Positions 1 to 10,280 of a DNA stretch of 64,000 bases are shown piece after piece (within the stretch, counting starts at the first letter, position 1; every line of letters begins with the position of its first letter). Under the pieces are notes generated by a model. That model saw only the letters and a list, made by a program, of their open reading frames with translations. It did not search any database and was not told where the DNA came from. A program made the position numbers and the translations under genes. Source of the DNA: Colwellia sp. (GTDB lineage Bacteria; Pseudomonadota; Gammaproteobacteria; Enterobacterales; Alteromonadaceae); contig JABSOY010000020.1 of assembly GCA_013215385.1 (NCBI GenBank), positions 26,511 through 90,510 of the forward strand, in the 5' to 3' direction.

Positions 1-179
1 ATGGGTTAGGGTATAACTATTCTTGGTATCGAATGTAAACTTAACTATTATGAATGAACAAAGTGCACTGCGTGTTATTGGCATTATCACTTAACCATAA
101 GTTTATTAGGCTAGATTAAAAACCTTTTATAAGTCTGGCTTTAACAATTAACAAAAGACTATCAACAAAATACAATTAA

Positions 180-1462
<1,283 letters not shown>

Positions 1463-1514
1463 AGACTGCTATCTGCAGTAAAGTACCGCTGTAGATAGCC
1501 ATTTGAGGCATAAC

Positions 1515-2354
1515 ATGACATTAGAAAATTTAAGTGTAAACAAAACCTTTGGCGGTTGGCAAAAGCAATATAGTCATCACTCTGCGGTATTAAATTGTAA
1601 TATGAGGTTTGCTATTTATTTGCCGCCGCAAGCTTCAAACGCTAAAAAAGTACCCGTTCTATATTGGCTCTCAGGTTTAACCTGTACTGATGAAAACTTT
1701 ATGCACAAAGCAGGCGCTCTGCGAATGGCGGCTGAGTTAGGTATCGCGATCGTTGCCCCTGATACTAGCCCTAGAGGTGAAGATGTCGCTGACCATGATG
1801 GTTATGACTTAGGTAAAGGAGCCAGTTTTTATGTCAATGCTACGCAAGCCCCCTGGAATCGTCATTATCAAATGTACGACTACGTGGTCAATGAACTGCC
1901 GAAATTAATTGAGTCGACTTTTCCGGTATCTAACAAACGTTCAATCGCGGGTCACTCGATGGGCGGTCATGGCGCATTGACTATCGCGATGAAGAACCCT
2001 GAACTTTATAGCTCGGTGTCAGCATTTAGCCCGATCAGTAATCCAATGAATAGCCCTTGGGGACAAAAAGCTTTCACTGCTTATCTAGGTAAAAACAAAG
2101 ATGATTGGCGAGCTTTTGACGCCAGTGAACTGATGAGACAAGCGACACAGTTCGTGCCTGCAAAAGTAGATCAAGGCGAGTCTGATGACTTTCTAGCAGA
2201 ACAATTAAAGCCTGAAACACTTACCGCAGCAGCACAAGTGAGTAACTACCCATTGGAGCTGAACTTGCACCAAGGTTACGACCACAGCTATTATTTTATC
2301 GCGAGCTTTATTGAAGAGCACCTACGTTTTCATTATGCACACTTGCATAATTAA
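1515..2354 (+). CDS. fghA: S-formylglutathione hydrolase (esterase D family)
   Basis: ATG at 1515 preceded by GAGG. The N-terminus reads MTLENLSVNKTFGGWQKQYSHHS. The serine elbow GHSMGGHGA and the C-terminal HQGYDHSYYFI are present, and the gene is paired with frmA. Confidence 0.9.
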   Translation: MTLENLSVNKTFGGWQKQYSHHSAVLNCNMRFAIYLPPQASNAKKVPVLYWLSGLTCTDENFMHKAGALRMAAELGIAIVAPDTSPRGEDVADHDGYDLGKGASFYVNATQAPWNRHYQMYDYVVNELPKLIESTFPVSNKRSIAGHSMGGHGALTIAMKNPELYSSVSAFSPISNPMNSPWGQKAFTAYLGKNKDDWRAFDASELMRQATQFVPAKVDQGESDDFLAEQLKPETLTAAAQVSNYPLELNLHQGYDHSYYFIASFIEEHLRFHYAHLHN

Positions 2355-2363
2355 TGCTTACCC

Positions 2364-2399
2364 ATGCCGTTGAACTATTTGACGGCATTGCTTCTTTAT
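2364..2399 (+). terminator. possible rho-independent terminator of fghA
   Basis: Stem ATGCCGT (2364-2370) pairs with ACGGCAT (2382-2388), followed by a T-rich tail. The stem is short and the loop is 11 nt. Confidence 0.35.
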
Positions 2400-2427
2400 A
2401 TACCTTCAATGCTTAATTAGCAGTGCA

Positions 2428-2955
2428 TTATAGAGCCGATTTACACAAACCGTATGCATAAGAGTCCACATATTGATTATTAATTAAGATATGTTGCTTA
2501 AAACATCCTTCTCGAGAGAAGCCCATTTTTTCCAATACGACGAAAGAAGCTTCATTATGCACAGAACAAAATGCGACTAATTTGTTAAAATTAAGCTCAT
2601 TGAGCACATATTCTTTAACTAGCTTTAATGCACTGCTAGTAATACCTTTCCTTTGGAAACCACTTTTTATAATAAAACCAATTTCAGCCGTTTTAGTGTC
2701 ATGGTTTACAACTCTAAGTGAAACCCAGCCAATTTTTTCATCAGTAGCTATTTTCGTGATCGGTAAAGTGCACCAGCGATCACTTTTTATATCCCAGGGT
2801 AATGATCTAATTTTAAATGCTGCTTTTGCTTCTTCTGTTGTCAGTGTTTTAGAGACATGTTTCATAATTTTTGAGCACGTTAAAATATCAACAAAAAACT
2901 CAAAATCCAATTCGCAAAGTGGCGATAAATTAATTCTATCATCTGATAATTGCAC
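2428..2955 (-). CDS. GNAT family N-acetyltransferase (RimJ/RimL-like)
   Basis: 175 aa with a GTG start. The acetyl-CoA binding stretch is EIGFIIKSGFQRKGITSSALKLV and the length fits a GNAT. An attC R'-like core lies 20 bp upstream, followed by an AAGGA RBS. Confidence 0.8.
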   Translation of the reverse strand: MQLSDDRINLSPLCELDFEFFVDILTCSKIMKHVSKTLTTEEAKAAFKIRSLPWDIKSDRWCTLPITKIATDEKIGWVSLRVVNHDTKTAEIGFIIKSGFQRKGITSSALKLVKEYVLNELNFNKLVAFCSVHNEASFVVLEKMGFSREGCFKQHILINNQYVDSYAYGLCKSAL

Positions 2956-2967
2956 GATAATCCTTTA

Positions 2968-3072
2968 GTTTTATAACGCCATATTAAGCGGAAAATAATA
3001 ATTAGCTAAAATTTGTGAGGAAAAAACAACCGCTAGTAGTTATTTGTCCGTTTTAACCCCTCATAGTTTTTT
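2968..3072 (-). repeat. attC-like recombination site (degenerate member)
   Basis: The left end TATAACGCC-ATATTAAGCGG and central GCTAAAATTTGTGAGGAAAAAACAACC match the family. The right end is CCGTTTTAA...GTTTTTT. The right core overlaps the stop codon of the upstream cassette ORF. Confidence 0.5.
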
Positions 3073-4093
3073 ACAAATACTTTTGAAACCAACTAACTAA
3101 CTCTTGATTAGCCTTTTCTTTATTTATCATTAAACCATGGTCGTCATCTGGATATAGAACCAGCTTATGAGGTATATTATTCTTTGATAACGCCTCAGCG
3201 AGGTCAATGGAATGATTGACTGATACCCGTTTATCATTAGTGCCATGTAACAGCAAAATGGGAACATTTGGTGATAATTTATCAACCCAAGTTAATACTG
3301 AACGTTTGGCTAATTCCGTTATTTTGTTTTCGTTGTAATCAGGAATTCGATTTTTATACACTTTTTCCATAGAAGGGCGATATTCTAACCCTTTTAATAA
3401 ATCTGTATTTCCTGCAATAGTTGCTATCGCTTTAATATTTTTAACTTGCTTTAAAGCTATGTGTGTCTGCATTCCACCTCTACTAAAGCCATACATACCT
3501 ACTCGTTCAGGATCCGCACCTTCAATTTTAGAAATGTAATTTAATAACGCAGAAACATCATTAACATCTTTTCCGCCAAATTCATCGTGAGCAACATTTT
3601 TTGTACGAGTACCTCGATATTGGCTTCCTCGATATTGACTGCCAATAATAACAAAACCTTCATTGGCAATTGGAAATAAGTTATGCATCATAGAGCCAAA
3701 AACGACTGAACCGAAGCGACCATTGCCACCTCGGTTATATATTAACACCGGTAATTTCTTTACACTTGATTTAGGCTTAATAATATAGCCTTCTACTTCA
3801 TTACCATCGACTTGATACTTAAAAGTGCGGCACGACAAGTTACTCTTATATTGGTTAAATTTATCTTCTCCAAACATGGAGTCAAAAAATGACATTGCCT
3901 TTAATAGCTTTTCTTCAGACTTAATTCTACTTTTACGTTTTTTCTCCATAAAACCACGCCATGATTCGTAGCTTGTAAATTGAGCGCTAAAACAGTTTTG
4001 TTGATTTTTTATTTTTTCATCATTGATCAGGTTTGATGCTTGAGAAGTAAAAGAAGCTACAACTAAAAATAATCCTACTAAATATTTACTCAC
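3071..4093 (-). CDS. secreted S9-type serine peptidase / alpha-beta hydrolase
   Basis: Signal peptide MSKYLVGLFLVVASFTSQA. The nucleophile elbow is GFSRGG, with a late LLLHGTNDKRV and DDDHG (Ser-Asp-His order). GTG start with a GGAG RBS. The gene is flanked by attC-like sites. Confidence 0.75.
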   Translation of the reverse strand: MSKYLVGLFLVVASFTSQASNLINDEKIKNQQNCFSAQFTSYESWRGFMEKKRKSRIKSEEKLLKAMSFFDSMFGEDKFNQYKSNLSCRTFKYQVDGNEVEGYIIKPKSSVKKLPVLIYNRGGNGRFGSVVFGSMMHNLFPIANEGFVIIGSQYRGSQYRGTRTKNVAHDEFGGKDVNDVSALLNYISKIEGADPERVGMYGFSRGGMQTHIALKQVKNIKAIATIAGNTDLLKGLEYRPSMEKVYKNRIPDYNENKITELAKRSVLTWVDKLSPNVPILLLHGTNDKRVSVNHSIDLAEALSKNNIPHKLVLYPDDDHGLMINKEKANQELVSWFQKYL

Positions 4094-4122
4094 ATGAACT
4101 CCGTATCGGTGATTAATTAAAT

Positions 4123-4220
4123 TTCTAACGCTAGATTAAGCGGTAAAATAAGTCAGCTAAAATACCGAACTAAGTGTAAGTAGCCAACCATTTATGTTCA
4201 GTTAGGTTGCTTTGTTATAC
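4123..4220 (-). repeat. attC-like recombination site
   Basis: Sequence runs TTCTAACGC-TAGATTAAGCGG ... AGCCAACC ... GTTATAC. The inverse cores are TTCTAAC and GTTATAC, and the site ends directly at the stop of ORF 4221..4655. Confidence 0.6.
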
Positions 4221-4655
4221 TTAAGTAAGAAGTGAAAATTGAGATTTGAACTGAGCGATCAATTTTTTATTTTTTGAAGAGATAATTAAGCACTTTTCAG
4301 CCTGGCAAATAAAACTAAATAGTTTATCTATTGGCTGCCCGTTGTTATCCAATTTAGCAATAAAGTCATAGAAGTTATATATCTTATTAGAAGATTTACT
4401 CGAGCTAGTAATATAGTCTTCTGAACTCAATTCCATAATTCGCTTCGGGTCAAACTTAACTAACCTAATTAAGGAAACATTATACTCATTTTCTATGTCG
4501 CAAATATAATTATGAACACTTTGTTTACTCGTTGATTCTTTGCAATTTTCAGGCATTACAATAACCTGATCAAATGCATTAATAGTTAAAACATTATCGT
4601 TCGATATTACTGTACTTGAAAACCCTACTGCCAACAATATAGCTAAATATTTCAT
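4221..4655 (-). CDS. hypothetical secreted protein (cassette ORF)
   Basis: 144 aa with N-terminal signal-like MKYLAILLAVGFSSTVIS and an AGGAG RBS. I recognise no family. Confidence 0.6.
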   Translation of the reverse strand: MKYLAILLAVGFSSTVISNDNVLTINAFDQVIVMPENCKESTSKQSVHNYICDIENEYNVSLIRLVKFDPKRIMELSSEDYITSSSKSSNKIYNFYDFIAKLDNNGQPIDKLFSFICQAEKCLIISSKNKKLIAQFKSQFSLLT

Positions 4656-4670
4656 CTGAACTCCTTGTAT

Positions 4671-4763
4671 GTATAACGCCTAATAAGCGGGAATAAATAG
4701 TTGATTAAAATTGCAACGAACCAAGATTTAATCGTTTTTTCTTCATCATATTTTCACACAAGG
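4671..4763 (-). repeat. partial or degenerate attC-like site overlapping the 3' end of the MocR gene
   Basis: The left half GTATAACGCC-TAATAAGCGG-GAATAAATAGTTGATTAAAATTGCAACGAACCAAG matches the family well. The expected right half (CCGTTT..CTTGTTAxx) is at best very degenerate. Confidence 0.45.
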
Positions 4764-6153
4764 CTCCCAATCTAATCAAGGCTTTTAATCGGTGCCCTAA
4801 CGTTGGATGTGCAAAGCTTAATCTCAAGCAATTTGAAAACTTTTTCTCTGACGAGAATAACCGGCCTGGCGTGATTATTATGCCTTCGGCAATAGCACGT
4901 TGATAAAGTAAGAAGGTGTCAATTTCTACGGGTAGTTGCACCCAAATGGCCAACCCACCATCAGGTACGGTAAATGTTGTCGCGATTCTCCAATGATCTG
5001 CAATACCATTTGTTAACTGATCACGTTGTACGCGTAGTACTTTACGATATTGCTGTAAGTGCCTTTCGAAATGACCTTCGGCTAAAAAGTTCGACAAACC
5101 ATGTTGTATAGCTTGGCTGGTCGATAGCTGATAAACCAATTTCATCTGTACTATTTTTTTAAAGTGCTTGCCCGCGACAATCCAGCCAATACGCAAATCT
5201 CTTGAAAGTGACTTAGAAAAAGAGCTACATAAAATAAAGTTTCCCTGTGTATCATAGCTTTTAAGTGGCTCGACCTTAGAATGAAAACCTAAGTCTCCGT
5301 AGATATCATCTTCGATGATGATGATATTTTTATCGTTGGCAAGCGCTGCTATTTTACGTTTTTCTTTTACGGGGATAAGCGCCCCAGTTGGCGTGGCAAA
5401 GTTAGCCGTTAGCACACAAGCTTTTATGTCCCACTGTTTAGTTGCTTCATTGAGAGCGTCGGCCGTTAAGCCAATAGTATAAGAGCTTGGCAGTTCAACG
5501 ACTTGTAGTTTAAGTTGCTGTAATAGTTGTAAAACGCCATAAAATGCCGGGCTTTCTATGGCAACAATATCGCCTGGTTGGCACGTAGCCATCAAAGCTA
5601 AAAACAAACTGTTTTGACAGCCTGAAGTAATGCATATTTCCTGCGCTGAAATATTCAGCTCGCGCCTTCGATAATGTTCACTAATTTGATGTCTTAGTGA
5701 TAAGTCCCCTGGTGGCTCACAATAATAGAGCGCATTATTTTGCGGATTCTTTCGTAAAGCACGACTGATATGTCGGTTTAATAACAATAAGTGATTTGGC
5801 GCTTGGCTGGTGTCTAAATTTCGCGGGGCGATATCAAAAGCAGCGGTGCGTTCCATAATTTCATAAAAAACCTCAGGTACATCAACCAGTTTTGGTTTAC
5901 CAATTTCAGTCAGAGCTTGGCTAATCTGTTGAGGCGGCTTTGCGGGGGCAACGTAGTAGCCAGATTTTATTTTAACAAAAACAATCCCTCTTGCTTCTAG
6001 GGTATGCAGCGCTTTTTGCACGGAAATTTTTGAAACATTATACAGCCTGGCCAGATCTCGGATAGAAGGTAACCTTTCGTTGGGCCGCCATTTTTCATCA
6101 TCAATTTGAGCAATTAGCTTATTGGCTAGTTGTTCGTATTTGAACTGTCTCAT
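4705..6153 (-). CDS. MocR/PdxR-type GntR family regulator with aminotransferase-like domain
   Basis: N-terminal wHTH LPSIRDLARLYNVSKISVQKALHTLEARG. The C-terminal part, about 350 aa, is a fold-type I aminotransferase-like domain with SFSKSL (PLP-lysine-type motif). Confidence 0.85.
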   Translation of the reverse strand: MRQFKYEQLANKLIAQIDDEKWRPNERLPSIRDLARLYNVSKISVQKALHTLEARGIVFVKIKSGYYVAPAKPPQQISQALTEIGKPKLVDVPEVFYEIMERTAAFDIAPRNLDTSQAPNHLLLLNRHISRALRKNPQNNALYYCEPPGDLSLRHQISEHYRRRELNISAQEICITSGCQNSLFLALMATCQPGDIVAIESPAFYGVLQLLQQLKLQVVELPSSYTIGLTADALNEATKQWDIKACVLTANFATPTGALIPVKEKRKIAALANDKNIIIIEDDIYGDLGFHSKVEPLKSYDTQGNFILCSSFSKSLSRDLRIGWIVAGKHFKKIVQMKLVYQLSTSQAIQHGLSNFLAEGHFERHLQQYRKVLRVQRDQLTNGIADHWRIATTFTVPDGGLAIWVQLPVEIDTFLLYQRAIAEGIIITPGRLFSSEKKFSNCLRLSFAHPTLGHRLKALIRLGALCENMMKKKRLNLGSLQF

Positions 6154-7640
6154 TGGTCATGTCCATTATTCAATCTGTACCTATTGTAATTTATAATAGT
6201 GTATCTATAAATGACAGATTAACAATTTACACTTCCCGCAATGAAAATATCTGCTGGGCAAACCAAGTGAAACCATCATACTCGTTAGAAAGAAACCTCA
6301 TTTTTAAAACCTCCGACACTGACGACAGAATTTACCATCGCGAGCAAAAAGGTAAGTATCAATTGATCCGCCGTAGTTTAAGCGTGATATTAATACTGCT
6401 TTTTGTCTTGCTCCCTTTTATACAATTTAACGGCACACAAGCGGTATATTTTGATCTTCTTCAGCAACAAGTACATTTATTTTCATTAACTTTATTCCCT
6501 CAAGATTTACTGATCGTCTGTTTAGTTTTTATTCTTGCTGCTTTTGTGCTGTTTTATATCACCCAATTTTATGGTCGTGTCTGGTGCGGGTTTACTTGTC
6601 CGCAAACAGTTTGGATGCTGATGTTCAATTGGATAGAACGTCGAATTGAAGGAACTCATAATCAAAGTAAGTCGTTAAACGCACAACCTTTAAGCTTAAA
6701 TAAACTCTATAAAAAAGGCCTTAAGCACTTTATTTGGGCAGTAGTATCTCTTTTTACTGCACTGGTATTTATGTCATATTTCATCACGGTTGATGAGTTA
6801 TACCTGCCATTCCTTTTGTTTAATACCTCAGAAACAACCCTATATTGGGTGCTATTTTTCGCTGTTTGTACTTATGTAAATGCTGGCTGGATAAAAGATA
6901 AGATGTGTCAGCATATGTGCCCTTACTCTCGTATACAGTCGGCAATGTTTGATAAATCTACCAAGTTAGTGACTTACGATAATTTACGAGGCGAAAACCG
7001 TGGTGCTCGTAAACGCTCTCAAGTTAAACCACAAGGAATGGGCGATTGTGTAGATTGCGATCTGTGCGTGCAAGTATGCCCGGTAGGTATCGATATTAGA
7101 GATGGCCTACAATATGAATGCATTAATTGTGGACTGTGTGCTGACGCTTGCGATATGACGATGGAGAAGTTTAATTATCAAAAAGGCCTTATTTCATTTA
7201 CCAACGAAAAAAACGCTAATAACAATTGGCAGCGTCATTTAGGCTACGGTAGCGTAGTTACAATAACTTTAACTTCTATGCTTATTTGGGCAAATGTTTG
7301 GCAGAATTTTGAAGTAAATATTATTAGAGACCGACAAGCACTTTATCGCGTTAATCAATTTGGTGATATAGAAAATACCTTCTTGTTTAAAGTTCGAAAT
7401 AAATCGAGCGGAACCAAGTTTTATCAAATAGAGGTTAACGGATTAGATAATGCAAAAATCACCGGTTTAGCAAAAATTGAAGTATTACCAGGAGAGCTAA
7501 AAATTGCTTCGATTACGGTATCTGTCGATAAACCATTAACAGAATATATAAACCATGTTGGCTTTAACATAACCGATATTGAGAGCAGTAGTAATATTGT
7601 AAAAAACAGCTCTTTTTATAGTGGTAGTGGTGGTTGGTAA
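6153..7640 (+). CDS. CcoG/FixG-like 4Fe-4S ferredoxin membrane protein (start uncertain)
   Basis: Motifs present are RIYHREQKGKYQLIRR, GRVWCGFTCPQTVWM, CVDCDLCVQVCP and CINCGLCADAC. The TTG at 6153 and the ATG at 6159 abut the MocR start codon, so the in-frame GTG at 6267 is a plausible alternative start. Confidence 0.8.
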   Translation: MVMSIIQSVPIVIYNSVSINDRLTIYTSRNENICWANQVKPSYSLERNLIFKTSDTDDRIYHREQKGKYQLIRRSLSVILILLFVLLPFIQFNGTQAVYFDLLQQQVHLFSLTLFPQDLLIVCLVFILAAFVLFYITQFYGRVWCGFTCPQTVWMLMFNWIERRIEGTHNQSKSLNAQPLSLNKLYKKGLKHFIWAVVSLFTALVFMSYFITVDELYLPFLLFNTSETTLYWVLFFAVCTYVNAGWIKDKMCQHMCPYSRIQSAMFDKSTKLVTYDNLRGENRGARKRSQVKPQGMGDCVDCDLCVQVCPVGIDIRDGLQYECINCGLCADACDMTMEKFNYQKGLISFTNEKNANNNWQRHLGYGSVVTITLTSMLIWANVWQNFEVNIIRDRQALYRVNQFGDIENTFLFKVRNKSSGTKFYQIEVNGLDNAKITGLAKIEVLPGELKIASITVSVDKPLTEYINHVGFNITDIESSSNIVKNSSFYSGSGGW

Positions 7641-7770
7641 TGTTTTACTGCTTACTGATAAGCGCCCTTTTACTATTTTTCCATTGAATAAAAGCACCCG
7701 CTATGCGAACATTGAGCTAGGTATAATAATTTGTTGGTTGCTTGTGACGTTCAATTTCTCTAAAACATTA

Positions 7771-8130
7771 ATGGTATTGCTTTTGTGTTTGACCTTTGTA
7801 GGTCAGGCAATGGCGTCTACTATTATGTCTTATCATATGATGAGTATGACGGGAATGAATGGCCAAGACATGTCACCAGATATGGCAATGATGGATCACA
7901 GTAACCATAATATGCTTGATACCTCTACTGATAATTCAACAACCTCGACAGAAGAATGTTGCACTGAAACATGTAATTGTTTTACCGGTGGTTGCTCAAA
8001 TGTTGCTGCTTTCATGGCAATTTCAGGCAATGTGCCAATCATTAGTTTGCCTGCAAAAATACTTTCCCATTCTCGTTTGGCACAAAGCCAGCAACCCGTA
8101 TCACTATATCGCCCTCCAATACTAAGCTAA
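7771..8130 (+). CDS. Met/His/Cys-rich small exported protein, putative copper-binding
   Basis: The ATG at 7771 gives a signal-like MVLLLCLTFVGQAMA. This is followed by MSYHMMSMTGMNGQDMSPDMAMMDHSNHNM and a Cys cluster EECCTETCNCFTGGC. The longer form from 7621 overlaps the ccoG-like gene and lacks support. Confidence 0.55.
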   Translation: MVLLLCLTFVGQAMASTIMSYHMMSMTGMNGQDMSPDMAMMDHSNHNMLDTSTDNSTTSTEECCTETCNCFTGGCSNVAAFMAISGNVPIISLPAKILSHSRLAQSQQPVSLYRPPILS

Positions 8131-8283
8131 ATACAGATTAAATGTGTCCAAAATTTGGTTCATTTATATAATTAGTCTCTGTATTAGGCTTTTTTGATCT
8201 CGTGTTTGGTACATATTTTCAATCACATCAAAAACAACCTAATTAATTAAAAAATAATAATTAATATCCCTATTGGGGGGGTT

Positions 8284-8808
8284 ATGTTTTCAAATAAATT
8301 TACCTTAAAAGTTATAACAACTTGTGCTGTCGTCATGGCACTGACAAGTTGCTCTGACGTCGAAATAGTTGCTGATGTTACGCCATCACAAAAAGCTACG
8401 CCACAAACTATAGTCTTAGATGTATATAAAAGCCCAACTTGTGCCTGTTGTAATAAATGGATAAATCACATCAACGAAAATGGCTTTGAATCTAAGGTTC
8501 ATAGTTCTCAAAATTTTTCAGTTATTAAAGATGAAAAAAAAATAGCACCTAGGTATCGTTCTTGCCATACCGCTGTATCAAAAGATGGTTACGTTTTCGA
8601 AGGACATGTGCCAGCAAAATTCATCAAGCAATTTATCACAGAAACACACGCGAGTGATGTTATCGGTTTGTCTGTTCCTGCTATGCCAGTAGGCACACCA
8701 GGAATGGAAGTTGATGACAAGTTTCAGCCTTACCGTGTTTTACTTTTACTAGCAGATGGTAGCTATAAAATTTATGCAGATGTTCAATCTTATAAGGAAC
8801 AGTTCTAA
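8284..8808 (+). CDS. DUF411 / CopG-like metal-binding lipoprotein
   Basis: Lipobox LTSC and a CxCC motif (PTCACCNKW). A later stretch reads RSCHTAV...GHVPA. A strong GGGGGGG RBS precedes the start, and the stop overlaps the cusC start (TAATG). Confidence 0.75.
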   Translation: MFSNKFTLKVITTCAVVMALTSCSDVEIVADVTPSQKATPQTIVLDVYKSPTCACCNKWINHINENGFESKVHSSQNFSVIKDEKKIAPRYRSCHTAVSKDGYVFEGHVPAKFIKQFITETHASDVIGLSVPAMPVGTPGMEVDDKFQPYRVLLLLADGSYKIYADVQSYKEQF

Positions 8809-10280
8809 TGAATAATCTACACGAAACTAACAAGCTTCACATGAAATTCAGTGTAGGAATGCTAGCTTTTACACTTTTTTCTGCTAACGCTACACAGTCT
8901 CCGGTAATGAGTGCCAACCCGGCTTTATCTTTTGAAAAAGCAGTAAAAGCAGCTCAAAAAAATGACCCTTGGCTAACGGGAAGTATTCATCAACAAAGAG
9001 CTATTGAGTCGATGAGTTCGGCGGTAAATACCTTACCTGATCCGAGAATGTCGATTGGATTTGCTAACTTACCGACTAACGGTTTTGATTTTGGTCAAGA
9101 AGGAATGACACAAGTAAAAATAGGCGTTTCACAGATGTTTCCTCGCGGCGATACACTCGAGATAAAAAGCCAACAACTCAGAATTCAAAGTGAAGCGTTT
9201 CCATATCAACGTAAAGATAGAGAATCAAAAGTAGCCGTGACCGTAGGAAGTTTATGGTTAGATGCCTATCGCGTTCAGCAAAGTATCGCATTAATTGCAA
9301 AAAACACTTCACTGTTCGAGCAGTTAGCTGATATTGCTGAAGCGAGCTACTCATCAGGTTTAGGTAAAACTCGACAGCAAGATATTGTACGAGCACAACT
9401 AGAGTTAACGCGCTTGGAAGACAGATTAGACAAATTAGATCAGCAAAAGAACCGTTATGAAGGAATGCTTTCACCATGGCTGATAAAGTTCTCTACCGCC
9501 AAATCATCTAAGAAAAGCAATGTAATAGATGAATTTTCATTAGGCACTGATTTTGCTTTACATAATATAGTGCTTAGTCAGCAACTGCCGCAAATTGATT
9601 TACTTAATCGTGATTTAGTCTACAAAAAACATTGGCTTCAGCCAGGAGAATTGGTGCCGTACTTTTCAAAACATCCTGCGGTTATTGCCATAGAAAAGAA
9701 AGTCAAAGCAACTAAAGTAGGGATTAAGTTAGCAAAGCAAAAATACCAACCAGAATGGGGTGTAAATGCAAGTTATGGCTATCGTGCGGATGATCCTATG
9801 GGTAATAGTAGAGCTGATTTATTCTCAGTTGGCGTGACATTCGATTTACCGATTTTTACAGAAAACAAACAAGATAAAGAGCTTCAATCTGCGATATCAA
9901 CAACAGAAGCGGTAAAAACCGAAAAACTACTATTACTTAGACAGTTACTAGGTTCTTACTCAAGTGCAAAAGGACGATTACTGAGATTAATAAACCGACA
10001 GAACCTCTATAAAACAAAATTATTACCGCAAATACATGATCAAGCAGAGGCCTCTTTAACCGCATATACCAACGATGACGGCGATTTTTCGGAAGTTGTT
10101 CGCTCACGTATTGCCGTGCTTAATGCTGAAATAGATGCGTTAACGCTAAATGTTGAAGAGCAAAAAATACGGCTGGAACTTAATTACCTTTTTGTTGGCA
10201 ATATCAATACGCCAATGACAAAAACCACGATGAATTTATCGAGTAGCACTCAAAATGCTGCTATTTTTGGAGAAAAATGA
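8808..10280 (+). CDS. cusC: TolC-family outer membrane efflux protein of a Cus-type system
   Basis: 490 aa with a signal-like N-terminus and the two-repeat outer membrane factor architecture. It is translationally coupled to the downstream adaptor and RND pump (ATGA overlap at 10277). Confidence 0.8.
   Translation: MNNLHETNKLHMKFSVGMLAFTLFSANATQSPVMSANPALSFEKAVKAAQKNDPWLTGSIHQQRAIESMSSAVNTLPDPRMSIGFANLPTNGFDFGQEGMTQVKIGVSQMFPRGDTLEIKSQQLRIQSEAFPYQRKDRESKVAVTVGSLWLDAYRVQQSIALIAKNTSLFEQLADIAEASYSSGLGKTRQQDIVRAQLELTRLEDRLDKLDQQKNRYEGMLSPWLIKFSTAKSSKKSNVIDEFSLGTDFALHNIVLSQQLPQIDLLNRDLVYKKHWLQPGELVPYFSKHPAVIAIEKKVKATKVGIKLAKQKYQPEWGVNASYGYRADDPMGNSRADLFSVGVTFDLPIFTENKQDKELQSAISTTEAVKTEKLLLLRQLLGSYSSAKGRLLRLINRQNLYKTKLLPQIHDQAEASLTAYTNDDGDFSEVVRSRIAVLNAEIDALTLNVEEQKIRLELNYLFVGNINTPMTKTTMNLSSSTQNAAIFGEK

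Larger units (their letters stand above)
2428..4763 (-). mobile_element. attC-delimited gene cassette cluster without integrase in the window (CALIN-like, 3 cassettes)
   Basis: Three co-oriented minus-strand ORFs are separated by related imperfect palindromes of about 95-100 bp. These have inverse core sites (xxTAAC...GTTAxx) and short 5' leaders carrying an RBS. See the individual attC entries. Confidence 0.65.

Noticed and set aside
7621-7770. Long N-terminal extension of the Met-rich ORF (GTG at 7621), and the nested ORF 7916..8125.
   Set aside because: The extension overlaps the end of the ccoG-like gene and encodes no signal. The ATG at 7771 gives a clean signal peptide. The nested ORF is an alternative frame of the same region with no support.
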